A stretch of 64,000 nt of DNA from Candidatus Eiseniibacteriota bacterium (GTDB lineage Bacteria > Orphanbacterota > Orphanbacteria > Orphanbacterales > Orphanbacteraceae): positions 771,330-835,329 of the forward strand of contig JAJCZU010000004.1 of the NCBI GenBank assembly GCA_029262235.1, written 5' to 3'. This document shows positions 36,873-45,709 of this stretch, in pieces. Each line of letters starts with the position of its first letter. Position 1 is the stretch's first letter. The notes under the pieces were generated by a model, which made no database searches, was not told the DNA's origin, and saw only the letters and a program-made list of their open reading frames with translations. Both the position numbers and the translations under genes were made by a program.

Positions 36873-38195
36873 TCAGATCCGTCCGAGACGGTCCAGTTTG
36901 CCCCAGCCCATTTCGAGCCCGAGCGTCTCTTCGACGAGTCCGTACACTTTGTAGAAGTCGATGACGAGAATGAAAAAGACGCGATACAAAACCGCGTAGC
37001 CGACAAGGCCGAGGTCCTCGTTCTCCATGACCATGCAGTGCATGGCGGCGGCGATGTCGAGCAGCGTGAGCTGCACCCACCAGAGAACGAGCAGATACGA
37101 AAGGCCGTGCACCGCGCCGATGTAGATCAGGAAGAAGTTCGCGGCGATGTTCATGACCGGCCAGAGAATGCCTTCGAATGCCATGTAGGCGGCCGTGAAC
37201 GGGACCGTGAAGTCGCCCTTTTCGACGCGCGTGAAGATCTTCCTGTGCTTCTTGATCGACTGCAGAATGCCGCGCGTCCATCGATACCGCTGCTTCACGA
37301 GATCGAGCAGCGCTTCGGGCGCTTCGGTCCACGCGATCGATCCCGGTTCGTACGTGATGTGCCAGCCCTGCTTGAGGATCTTGAGCGTCAGGTCGCAGTC
37401 TTCGGCGAACGTGTCCGAATCGTAGAGTCCGACATCGACCACCACGTCGCGGCGAAAGAGGCCGAGCGGGCCCGGTACGATGTTGACCGATCGAAAATAC
37501 GCCTGCGCCTTGCGGACGAGGTTCAGTCCCTGAATGTATTCGAGCGCCTGCAGTTTCGCGTAGAGGTTGTCGCGGTTCGACACTTTGACATTGCCGGCGA
37601 CTGCGGCAATGCGTGTGTCGCGAAAGTGGCGGGCGGCGAGCCGGATCGCGTCGGGTTCGAGTTTCGAATCGGAGTCGATGCACGCGATGATCTGCCCCTC
37701 GGCGCGCATGATCCCGTAGTTCAGGGCCTCGGCCTTCCCCTGGTTCGGCTTCGTGAACACGCGGACGCGGCGGTGCCCGTAGTCGCCTTCCCACACTTTC
37801 GCGCGCGCATACGTGTCGTCGGTCGAGCCGTCGTCGATCACGATCACTTCGTAGTTCGGGTAGTTCTGTTCGAGCAGCGAACCGAGCGAGGCGTCGATCA
37901 TGATCCCTTCATTGTAGGCGGGCACCATGATCGAAACGAACGGCGTGTGCGGTTCGTCAGAAATCTGACTGTCTTCGATCTGCTGCAGATAGGAAAACCA
38001 GAGAAGGCAGAAGTAGCGCAGCACGAGCGTCCCGAGAAATCCGAGAAAAAGTACGACCACGGATTGGACGAGCGCGTTCGGGATCGGAATTCTGGACTTT
38101 ACGACCGAAAGGTAGATCCCGAACGAACCGCCGACGAGCAGCACGGACGAGGCGATGAAGACCGACACGTACTTCTGAAACTTGCCGCGCGTCAT
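36873..38195 (-). CDS. Processive family-2 beta-glycosyltransferase (PgaC/IcaA/NodC-like; poly-beta-1,6-GlcNAc-synthase-like)
   Basis: 'SIMVPAYNEG', 'VIDDGSTDDT', 'DSDS', 'FAEDCDL' (TED) and 'QRYRWTRG' (QxxRW), with 2 N-terminal and 3 C-terminal TM segments. 440 aa. ATG at 38195 overlaps the porin stop (ATGA). Confidence 0.75.
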   Translation of the reverse strand: MTRGKFQKYVSVFIASSVLLVGGSFGIYLSVVKSRIPIPNALVQSVVVLFLGFLGTLVLRYFCLLWFSYLQQIEDSQISDEPHTPFVSIMVPAYNEGIMIDASLGSLLEQNYPNYEVIVIDDGSTDDTYARAKVWEGDYGHRRVRVFTKPNQGKAEALNYGIMRAEGQIIACIDSDSKLEPDAIRLAARHFRDTRIAAVAGNVKVSNRDNLYAKLQALEYIQGLNLVRKAQAYFRSVNIVPGPLGLFRRDVVVDVGLYDSDTFAEDCDLTLKILKQGWHITYEPGSIAWTEAPEALLDLVKQRYRWTRGILQSIKKHRKIFTRVEKGDFTVPFTAAYMAFEGILWPVMNIAANFFLIYIGAVHGLSYLLVLWWVQLTLLDIAAAMHCMVMENEDLGLVGYAVLYRVFFILVIDFYKVYGLVEETLGLEMGWGKLDRLGRI

Positions 38196-40084
38196 GAGCC
38201 GTGTCCCAGGGTGAGGCCCGCGCGCCAGGATGTGAGTTCGTAGGAGCCGCCCGCGCGAAACACGCGCGAGTGAAAGAAGCCCGTGCCGAGCGCGACGCGG
38301 TTCGACAGCATGTACGAGAAGCTTGCGGTCACGTCGGCGGCGGTGCCCGTCTCTACTTCGGTGGAGCGGCCGAGAAGCGCTTCGCACTCGAGCGACATGC
38401 TTTCGCGCCAGAGCGAAACGTGCACGCCGCCCTTATGGCTGCGATGCTCGGCGGGACTCCAGTAGAGGTCGGACTCGCCTGTGTACGAGAGATACGTTCC
38501 GCGATACTCGACCGCGACGCGCGGAGAATCGCGGAGCGCCCAGGAGAGCTTCCAGGCGGCGTCGAAACTTTCGTTCTCGTCAGACAGCGTTGTGCGGCGA
38601 AGCGAAGAGCCCGCGCGGAGCGGACCGTCCGGCATCCATTGCATGGCCGCGCGATACGCGGTGCCGTGCAGCGGGGCGTCGCCTACCGCGCGAACCGAGA
38701 GCGCCCGTTCGGGCATGTCGAAGCGTTCGGCTGCGGCATCGAATCGCCAGCGAATGCCGCGCAAGTACTCGACACGCGCTTCTTCTTCGTGCGTGGTGCC
38801 CGCTCCCTCGTATGCGTTCAAGCGCACGGTGCCATGCAGCGAAACCCCGTCGCGCCAGAGCCAGCTGCCGTTTGCCCCGATCCGGTCGACCGCGACCGAT
38901 TCGTCGTTCTGGTTCATGAGAAGGCGTTCGTAACGGCCGCTCGCGCTCCATGCTTCGTCGAACTTCTGCCCCAGATCCAGGGCGAGGGACGACGAACGAA
39001 ACGACTCTGAGTCCTGCGTGTGCCGGTACTCGGGCGTCGATGCGAGAGGACGGTCGCGTTCGCCTGCGTTCCAGTCGAATCCGTTCTGCAATGTCGAACG
39101 CCGGGCCCAGTCGCGGCGCCCTTCCCACTGATAGAGGTCCGCGATCCGTTTCGCCGGGCGCGCGTCTCCCGGCGAGCGGCGCTGCACCGCGCGGTACCGG
39201 TCGAACGCCGCGCGATTCCTGCCCTGCGAAACGAGAATGTCCGCATAGGCGAGTTCGGCCGAGTCGAGTGCGGCGGTATTCGCGCGGTCTTCTGCGTCAC
39301 GTGGCCGGCCCGTGACGCGCGCCTGATTCGCGACCCGCGCCTCTTCCGCGTCACGCGCCTCGTGCCATTGCGCGCGACGCTTTGACGTCTCGGTGGAAAC
39401 CCACGCGCGCGTGCCTCGCTCTGCCTCTTTCCGTGCCTCGTGCAGGCGGCCATCGGCGTCCGCCACGCCTGCGGCGAGCAGTGAGTCGGTGAACCGGCGC
39501 GCGTCATAGTAGCGTTCGGCGCTGACAAGGGCTTCGGCATAGTGCGCCTGCGCCAGTGCGGCCGCGCGATCTGTGTCCGCGAGCTCATCGTTTTGAGCCG
39601 CCGCGAGCGAGCGCTTCGCGAGCAGCACGCCGTACTGAGGATTCGCGCGAAGCTCGCGCATGCCTTCTATCGCCCGCGTTTCGTTTTCGTCCATGGCGAG
39701 CGCGGCGTGGTAACTGCGTTCGGCGGCTTCGACATCGCCTGTCCACCGTTGAAGGTCGCCCGCCGCGCCGAGGGCCGCGGCCGAATGCGCGTTGCGTTCT
39801 TCGAGAAGTGTGATCCCTGCTGCCGGCTCTCCGCTCCAGCCGAGAACCAGCGCCCATTCAATGACGGCGGTTTCATCGGATCGGCCCGCGCTCTTCAGTG
39901 TTTCGAGGTAGCTCTCGTAAAGCCGGGTCGACTCGTCGTAGCGCCCGTCCCACGAGCAGGCGCGGGCGTCCTGCAGAATCGCGGCGGCATCAGAGGGCGC
40001 CGGGTCAGCCGAGGGCGGCATCATCGGAAACAGGAAGAAAAGCGCAGCGTGATACGAGACCAGCAGCGTGATGGGGCCCATCAC
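38192..40084 (-). CDS. PgaA-like outer-membrane export protein: N-terminal TPR repeats plus C-terminal beta-barrel
   Basis: Signal peptide; N-terminal TPR-like helical repeats (about 300 aa); C-terminal alternating beta-strand region ending in an aromatic-rich segment. Confidence 0.55.
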   Translation of the reverse strand: MMGPITLLVSYHAALFFLFPMMPPSADPAPSDAAAILQDARACSWDGRYDESTRLYESYLETLKSAGRSDETAVIEWALVLGWSGEPAAGITLLEERNAHSAAALGAAGDLQRWTGDVEAAERSYHAALAMDENETRAIEGMRELRANPQYGVLLAKRSLAAAQNDELADTDRAAALAQAHYAEALVSAERYYDARRFTDSLLAAGVADADGRLHEARKEAERGTRAWVSTETSKRRAQWHEARDAEEARVANQARVTGRPRDAEDRANTAALDSAELAYADILVSQGRNRAAFDRYRAVQRRSPGDARPAKRIADLYQWEGRRDWARRSTLQNGFDWNAGERDRPLASTPEYRHTQDSESFRSSSLALDLGQKFDEAWSASGRYERLLMNQNDESVAVDRIGANGSWLWRDGVSLHGTVRLNAYEGAGTTHEEEARVEYLRGIRWRFDAAAERFDMPERALSVRAVGDAPLHGTAYRAAMQWMPDGPLRAGSSLRRTTLSDENESFDAAWKLSWALRDSPRVAVEYRGTYLSYTGESDLYWSPAEHRSHKGGVHVSLWRESMSLECEALLGRSTEVETGTAADVTASFSYMLSNRVALGTGFFHSRVFRAGGSYELTSWRAGLTLGHGS

Positions 40085-41715
40085 GACTCGACCATGGCCT
40101 TGGGGTCGACGGACGAAGGAGGCGAGGAGAAGGAATTGCGGAAGGCGTCGGTCAGCGAATAGAGAATCGCGTTCGTGTCGTCTCGGCCCTGAATGAGGGC
40201 CGTGGCCCAGTGGTGTGTTACGTCGGGGTTGCCCTTGAAGTGATCGATCAGATTCGTGTGAAGCCGCTCGCGAAACGCCTGAAATCCTGCTTCGTCCGAT
40301 CCGACGAGTACGATCGCGACATCGCAGCCGGAGATTCCGATCACGAGATCGTCGTTTCGGCAGCAGCGCAGCACGACTTCCGCCGCTTCCTTCGGCGCTC
40401 TGTTCGTGAGCGGATCCTCGCCATCGGGATTCTGAAAACGCGAGAGATAGGCGATCGAGGCGAGTCCCGTTTCGCGCACGAGCGCGATGAGTTCCGAGAA
40501 GCGGTCGGTCACGCGCGGCGTGAACAGGAACTCGTCGGTCTCTGTGTTGTACTCGAGCAGCTCTTCGCCGCGTTCCGCGTCCCCCATGCTTTCGGCGAAG
40601 CGCTCCGCGAAACTCTGTTCGGCCACTCCCGAGTGTACTTCGAGATTCGTGGACGGGCCGCGACGGATCAGGTTCATCACGCGATAGCGAAACTCGTCAC
40701 CGTGCAGCGGGCGTGCCACGATGTCGTCGCCACCCGAGCGAAAGCAGCGAATGCGGTCGAGCGCGCGCATGCGACGCCCGCCTACAAACAGCACCGGCGT
40801 GCGGATTCCGCTTTCGCGCATCCGCGCGCACACTTCGAACGGGGCGCTCGTTCCGTCGGCCAGTTCGATGATCGCGAGGTCGTGCGGGTCGGTGATTCCC
40901 TTCGCCACCGCCTGCATCGGTGACTCGACCGACGTAATTTCGTAGGCATCGCCGAGCGCGGTTTCGATCTCCTCGCCCTCGGGCGAGCGAAACACCATGA
41001 TGCGTCCCCCGTCCGGGATGATCGCATCGGCGTCTGCCTCGGCTCCGTTCTCATTGCCGATCCCGCCACCCTTAAGCAACGTGAACGGAATCGCCTTGCG
41101 GGGGAGCGACGCGCCGCGATACTTGCGAATGCGCAGCACGCTTCCCGGGCCCGTTGCATCTTCGATATGGAAGAGCCCGAAACAGAAGCGTTCCAGCACG
41201 CGCCATGCCGGCGTGCGCGGAATCTCCGTCGCCTCTTCTGAAAGCAGAACCGTGGCCGGCATGTCGTCGAATCCGTTCAGCAGTGCGCTGTAGAAGCCGG
41301 GGTTGTCCGTTACAGGGTAACGCGACTGCAGCAGCGACGAAAACGCCTCCACGACGACTCGCGTGCGCGACTCCGCCAGGGTTGCGATTTCGTCCACGAT
41401 GCTCTTCGCATCCCCCGTGTTCACGACGAGATCCGAGAACGACGCCGAAGGCGCAATCACGACGAGCTGATCGTCGCGCAGAAATTCCGACAGGTCGACA
41501 TCGAGCGCCTGCGCGGCGATAAACAGGTCGCGCGGACGTCCCCCCGAGATCCAGAGGCAACGCTCGCCGCGACGCAGTCCTTCCAATAGAAAGATCAGCG
41601 ACAGCTCGAGTTTCTCCGAACCGATATTGCCCGTCAGCAAATACGTACGTGTCGGCATCAGCCCGCCCGTGATCTGGTCGAGCTGGGGGAACCCCGTAGG
41701 GATTCTTTGCTGCAT
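40081..41715 (-). CDS. BcsE-like tripartite regulator: degenerate RecA/KaiC-like ATPase domain, degenerate receiver domain, and degenerate GGDEF domain with an intact RxxD I-site
   Basis: N-terminus 'GFPQLDQITGGLMPTRTYLLTGNIGSEKL' is KaiC/RadA-like but its Walker A reads GSEKL rather than GKT. The middle domain is receiver-like ('DLAIIELADG...PVLFVGG...GGDDIVARPL'), with E at the phospho-acceptor position. The C-terminal 'RNDDLVIGISGCDVAIVL' aligns to RxxD-LVARYGGDEFavll of GGDEF domains. Its stop abuts the porin start. Confidence 0.55.
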   Translation of the reverse strand: MQQRIPTGFPQLDQITGGLMPTRTYLLTGNIGSEKLELSLIFLLEGLRRGERCLWISGGRPRDLFIAAQALDVDLSEFLRDDQLVVIAPSASFSDLVVNTGDAKSIVDEIATLAESRTRVVVEAFSSLLQSRYPVTDNPGFYSALLNGFDDMPATVLLSEEATEIPRTPAWRVLERFCFGLFHIEDATGPGSVLRIRKYRGASLPRKAIPFTLLKGGGIGNENGAEADADAIIPDGGRIMVFRSPEGEEIETALGDAYEITSVESPMQAVAKGITDPHDLAIIELADGTSAPFEVCARMRESGIRTPVLFVGGRRMRALDRIRCFRSGGDDIVARPLHGDEFRYRVMNLIRRGPSTNLEVHSGVAEQSFAERFAESMGDAERGEELLEYNTETDEFLFTPRVTDRFSELIALVRETGLASIAYLSRFQNPDGEDPLTNRAPKEAAEVVLRCCRNDDLVIGISGCDVAIVLVGSDEAGFQAFRERLHTNLIDHFKGNPDVTHHWATALIQGRDDTNAILYSLTDAFRNSFSSPPSSVDPKAMVES

Positions 41716-42010
41716 TGAATATAATCCTCCGCCTTCTCTATCGAGGATCGGCAGACCTGCGCAGAATCATTCATGTTCCGCGCGGGAAAACGTTTTCGTT
41801 GGGAAATGATGCGAATTTTGTCGAAGGGGGCCAGCCCGGCGTAAGCGCGAAGAAAGCGCGCGTTTGGGTCAGGCGGGTGCAGGGAGGGTTCGTCTCGCCC
41901 GCCCGTTCCCGTGTGTTCCCAACCCCAGCGCCCGTTCACGCTGGACAGTAACGCGCCTCTGTAGGATGATCGGATCTACAACGAATCACACCCCCTTACA
42001 AGTAAACGAC

Positions 42011-43081
42011 ATGACACTTCAGCAGCGCATCCGAGCATCTTCGATCTTCCGTATTCCGTTAGCCGTGACATTCCCGTTCGCATTCCCGTTCGCACTCATG
42101 TTCGCGCTACTGGTTGCGCTTGTGATTGCTCCGCCGCGCGCGACTGCCGAACCCGTTGCCCGCGGCATGACTGTCTCCTGTCAGACGTGGGGGTGGGAGT
42201 GGGGGAGCGACGAAATGGTCGCGACGATGGCCGATCTCAAGGCGATGGGATGCAACTGGATCGCGATTCATCCGTACGCCGGGATTCGGGGCGACGGCGA
42301 AGTCGTTTCCCGCATGGTCGAACGCGGCGAAACGCCCGACTGGCTGACGCGCCCGATCGAAGAAGCCCATCGTCTCGGCCTCAAGATGATGATCAAACCG
42401 CATATCGCATACTGGGGCGGGCCGTTCTCGTGGCGCGGCGAGATCACGTTCGAAACCGACGAAGAGTGGGATCGGTTCTTCACGACTTACACCGCGTGGA
42501 TCGTCGAAGTTGCGCGCATCTGCCAGGACGCCGACGCTTTCGTTGTCGGCACAGAACTCGACCTCACGCTCGGTCACGAAGAGCAGTGGAAGCAGATCAT
42601 CGCTGACGTACGCGCCGTAACCGACGCGCCCCTGACATACGCTGCCAACTGGACCGACTACGAACGCGTGACTTTCTGGCCGCAGCTCGACGTGATCGGA
42701 ATCCAGTCGTACTTTCCGCTCGCCGACACTCTCGGCCTCCGCGAAGAGGCGAGCCTCGACTCCGCGTGGGCCTCGCTCGGCGACAGATTGCGCGCTTTCG
42801 CCGAACCCCTCGACAAACGCGTGCTGCTCACCGAGCTCGGCTACAACCGTTCGTCGAGCGCCGCATGGAAACCGTGGGAGTATCGGTCAGGTGGCGATGA
42901 TGCCGAAGAAATCCAGCGCCGCTGCATGAACGCCGCGCTCCGCGCGCTCGAAGGGAACGATCTCTTCGTCGGCGCGTTTCTATGGAAATGGTTTCCCGGT
43001 GAACAGCAGGGGAGGCGCGGCAACTTCCTTCTCTCGACGCCCACAATGCGGGGTGTGATTTCTTCGAACTGGGGGAAGTAG
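42011..43081 (+). CDS. Secreted glycoside hydrolase, clan GH-A (cellulase-like / GH5-GH113-like (beta/alpha)8 fold)
   Basis: Signal peptide; 'VLLTELGY' is a catalytic-nucleophile-type motif; 'WGWEWGSDEMVATMADLKAMGCNWIAIHPYA' is a cellulase-like N-terminus. The start (42011 vs 41966) is uncertain. Confidence 0.55.
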   Translation: MTLQQRIRASSIFRIPLAVTFPFAFPFALMFALLVALVIAPPRATAEPVARGMTVSCQTWGWEWGSDEMVATMADLKAMGCNWIAIHPYAGIRGDGEVVSRMVERGETPDWLTRPIEEAHRLGLKMMIKPHIAYWGGPFSWRGEITFETDEEWDRFFTTYTAWIVEVARICQDADAFVVGTELDLTLGHEEQWKQIIADVRAVTDAPLTYAANWTDYERVTFWPQLDVIGIQSYFPLADTLGLREEASLDSAWASLGDRLRAFAEPLDKRVLLTELGYNRSSSAAWKPWEYRSGGDDAEEIQRRCMNAALRALEGNDLFVGAFLWKWFPGEQQGRRGNFLLSTPTMRGVISSNWGK

Positions 43082-43099
43082 GCGAAGCGGGTTGGTCGG

Positions 43100-43220
43100 G
43101 TGGCGGGATAATCCTCCTCGCCCTCGCCCTGTCGTGCCGCGGTATCAAGTCAGGTAAACGAGATCATCGTTGCCCGGCCCTCCAATGGGGCTCGGGTCTG
43201 CGGGGGATCATCTCGCCACC
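43100..43220. repeat. About 120-bp MITE-like repeat, copy 1
   Basis: Terminal inverted repeats GGTGGCGGGATAATCC and GGATCATCTCGCCACC. Internal blocks CCTCCTCGCCCTCGCCCTGTCG and CCCGGCCCTCCAATGGGGCTCGGG are shared with copy 2. A partial third copy lies at about 43290-43350. Confidence 0.55.
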
Positions 43221-43373
43221 CGCCAGCACGACTTCGCTTGGTGAGGGCGGACGGAAAAGAGGGGGGAGGCGGGTGTGCGCTCGAAACAATCCTTCTCGCC
43301 TTCGCCCTGTTGTGCCGCGGTGCATTGCTCTTCGCCCGCTCGACATGGCCGACTGGCCGCGAAGCACGGGCTT

Positions 43374-45410
43374 CTATCGCAGCAGGATCAGTTTCAAGCC
43401 AGTGTTCGTGTTCGCCGAAATCAGTGAGATGAAGTAGGTCCCGGCGGCGACGGCCAGCCCTTCGTCGTTGTTGCCGTCCCACTCGATGATGCGAGCTCCT
43501 TCACTCCCCCGCAATGTTCTCACGAGTCGACCACTGATATCGAACACGCGGAGTTCCGCGGGAAGTAGGAGATCGTGCGAAGGGGTGAGCAGGATATGTG
43601 CTCCGGTTCGTGTGGGGTTGGGGCCGAGCAACTGGAGCGGGCGTACGGTGAAGTCGGCGTGATCGATAACGTTTGTCGGTGTTTCGCACCCTGCTCCCCG
43701 TGCGCCGATGAGGCCGCAACCAGGGGCTGATAGGAGTGGGGAGGTGTCTTCCAGCGTGTAGTCATTCGTTGTCGTATCGCAGAAAAGGGGATCTACATGG
43801 AGATTTCCACTGGAGTCACCGATACCGGCGACGCAGCCGACCCAGTCGCCACCTGTATTGTCGAACAAGTTCGTGCACGTGACGCTCACGTTAGCCGGGT
43901 CCTGACACGAAATCGCCGGACCTGGATTCGTATTGAACGCGAGGATCGAGCGGTCGATGTCGAAATCGACATTCTCAAGATGCAAGCTCGCTTCTGTCGT
44001 CGCTGTGTTCTGGACGCAGGATACGTTGCTCAGCGTGATCGCTTTGATCATGCTTTCTCGGTTGGACAACTCTCTCCCTGCGATACCGAGCGCCCTGCCG
44101 GCCGAATCGTCGAATCGTCCGGGGCTGCTCAATTGGCCACTGAAGATCACGCTTCCGTGCGCCGCCGTATTGCCGGCGATCACGGTAGTGTCGATGGTGA
44201 TGTCTGAGCCGGCCGTAGCAATCGCGCCGCCATCTCCGGGTGTATCGTTCCCGAGAATGGTCGTATGAGTGATGTGGAAGGGGGAGCCGAAAGCATAGAG
44301 ACCTCCGCCTCCGTTCACAGCATTGTTCCCCACGAGTTTGGATCTGGTCACTTGTACATCCAGTGCGAACCATCCACCGAGAGCCCCGCCCCTGAGAGCG
44401 GAGTTCCCCTGGAGGGTGGAGTTCCGAATCGTGACGTTCGAAGCATCAGCGAGTAGCCCGCCGCCGGTAGCGCCCGATTCATTCGACTCGAACAGGCACG
44501 AGTCGAAGGTCGCGTCGGCTTCCATTACCAACACCGCCCCACCACCACCCAGAGACCACAACTCACTACCTGTCACAATGTTGCATGACATCGTGCAGGA
44601 CACGACCGAAACCTCGGTGAGCCAGAGGTACAGGCCGCCGCCGTTTCCTGCCTGATTCGAATCGATTCGGGAAGCTGTGAACGACGGATTCCCGCCAAGG
44701 GTTCCTTCCGTTTGATACCACCCCCCACCAAGCCCCGTCGCCATGTTTCCCGTGACCTTGCAGAACGACACGGTCAGATCAGTTTGTGAGTATCCTCCCG
44801 CACCGTTCGCTGCCTGATTCGCGCACACCGTGGACTGCGTCACCGTCACCTCGCCATACCGGCAGTAGATTCCGCCTCCGCGGTCCTGGGCAGCATTGCT
44901 GTCCACCACGCACGAAGTGATTCGAGGTCCCGGATTGGCGCTGCCCCAGATGGCTACACCACCTCCGTCGATGGCGGCGTTTGATCGAATCACACTATCC
45001 ATGATTCGAAGGTCGGCATTAACTGCGAATATGCCTCCGCCTGAAGTGTCGGGGGCAACCAGTGCAGTTCCGCCCGTGATCGTCAGATTCTTGACGAGTG
45101 TAGTTGTATCCGTATTCGAACAATCCAGCACGCGGCCAAGTTGCTGAGCGTCGATCACGACGGAATCGGGTGCCGCGCCTTCGCCGAGCAACACAATCCC
45201 TGACTTCATGACAATCGAATGTTCGAAGTGGGTTCCTACTCCAACGAGAACCGTGTCTCCGGCCGCTGCCGAATCGATCCCCGCCTGGATCGTGGAAACG
45301 TCACCCGAACCGTTCGACTCAACGGTCCAGACAGCTGCGCTCGCCCGGTTTACTACCAGCAGTAACCCCGCAAGGAGAATGCAGAGATAGGGCATGCGGA
45401 ACGAGAACAC
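43374..45410 (-). CDS. Secreted right-handed parallel beta-helix repeat protein with a C-terminal T9SS / FlgD-Ig-like sorting domain
   Basis: Signal peptide; many 'N..ING/GGA' beta-helix repeats; the C-terminus '...GTYFISLISANTNTGLKLILLR' fits the T9SS CTD pattern. Confidence 0.65.
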   Translation of the reverse strand: MFSFRMPYLCILLAGLLLVVNRASAAVWTVESNGSGDVSTIQAGIDSAAAGDTVLVGVGTHFEHSIVMKSGIVLLGEGAAPDSVVIDAQQLGRVLDCSNTDTTTLVKNLTITGGTALVAPDTSGGGIFAVNADLRIMDSVIRSNAAIDGGGVAIWGSANPGPRITSCVVDSNAAQDRGGGIYCRYGEVTVTQSTVCANQAANGAGGYSQTDLTVSFCKVTGNMATGLGGGWYQTEGTLGGNPSFTASRIDSNQAGNGGGLYLWLTEVSVVSCTMSCNIVTGSELWSLGGGGAVLVMEADATFDSCLFESNESGATGGGLLADASNVTIRNSTLQGNSALRGGALGGWFALDVQVTRSKLVGNNAVNGGGGLYAFGSPFHITHTTILGNDTPGDGGAIATAGSDITIDTTVIAGNTAAHGSVIFSGQLSSPGRFDDSAGRALGIAGRELSNRESMIKAITLSNVSCVQNTATTEASLHLENVDFDIDRSILAFNTNPGPAISCQDPANVSVTCTNLFDNTGGDWVGCVAGIGDSSGNLHVDPLFCDTTTNDYTLEDTSPLLSAPGCGLIGARGAGCETPTNVIDHADFTVRPLQLLGPNPTRTGAHILLTPSHDLLLPAELRVFDISGRLVRTLRGSEGARIIEWDGNNDEGLAVAAGTYFISLISANTNTGLKLILLR

Positions 45411-45586
45411 AGAAACCGACTCCGTTCGATGATTGAGAGCTCATTGATTGTAGCATATCGCATCAGGCGCGCTTCTTATGGGACGGGAGCGAGACGATCC
45501 GTTTGTTTGGGCGACAGAACGAAGGGACTGTTCCCCGCCATCCCCCCTCCGGATTCCTCACGCCCCAAAGCGTGATCGGAGGGGCG

Positions 45587-45709
45587 GGCGGTGAGACATT
45601 CCCCCGCAGTCCCGAGCCCCATTGGAGGGCCGGGGGTTCGGCGATCAGGCTTCATGTCTCATGTGAGCAGGCCCGACAGGGCGAGGGCGAGGAGGAATGT
45701 CTCACCGCC
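45587..45709. repeat. About 120-bp MITE-like repeat, copy 2, inverted relative to copy 1
   Basis: Perfect 16-bp TIRs GGCGGTGAGACATTCC and GGAATGTCTCACCGCC. The internal sequence is the reverse complement of copy-1 blocks. The stop codon of the VWA gene (45702-45704) lies inside the right TIR. Confidence 0.55.

Noticed and set aside
36627-38429. ORFs 36627..38243 (+, 538 aa), 36697..37794 (-, 365 aa) and 46888..48429 (+, 513 aa), opposite or out of frame to the GT2 synthase and the AAA+ gene
   Set aside because: Arg/Asp/His-rich low-complexity translations. The sense-strand genes have clear family motifs (QxxRW; Walker A).
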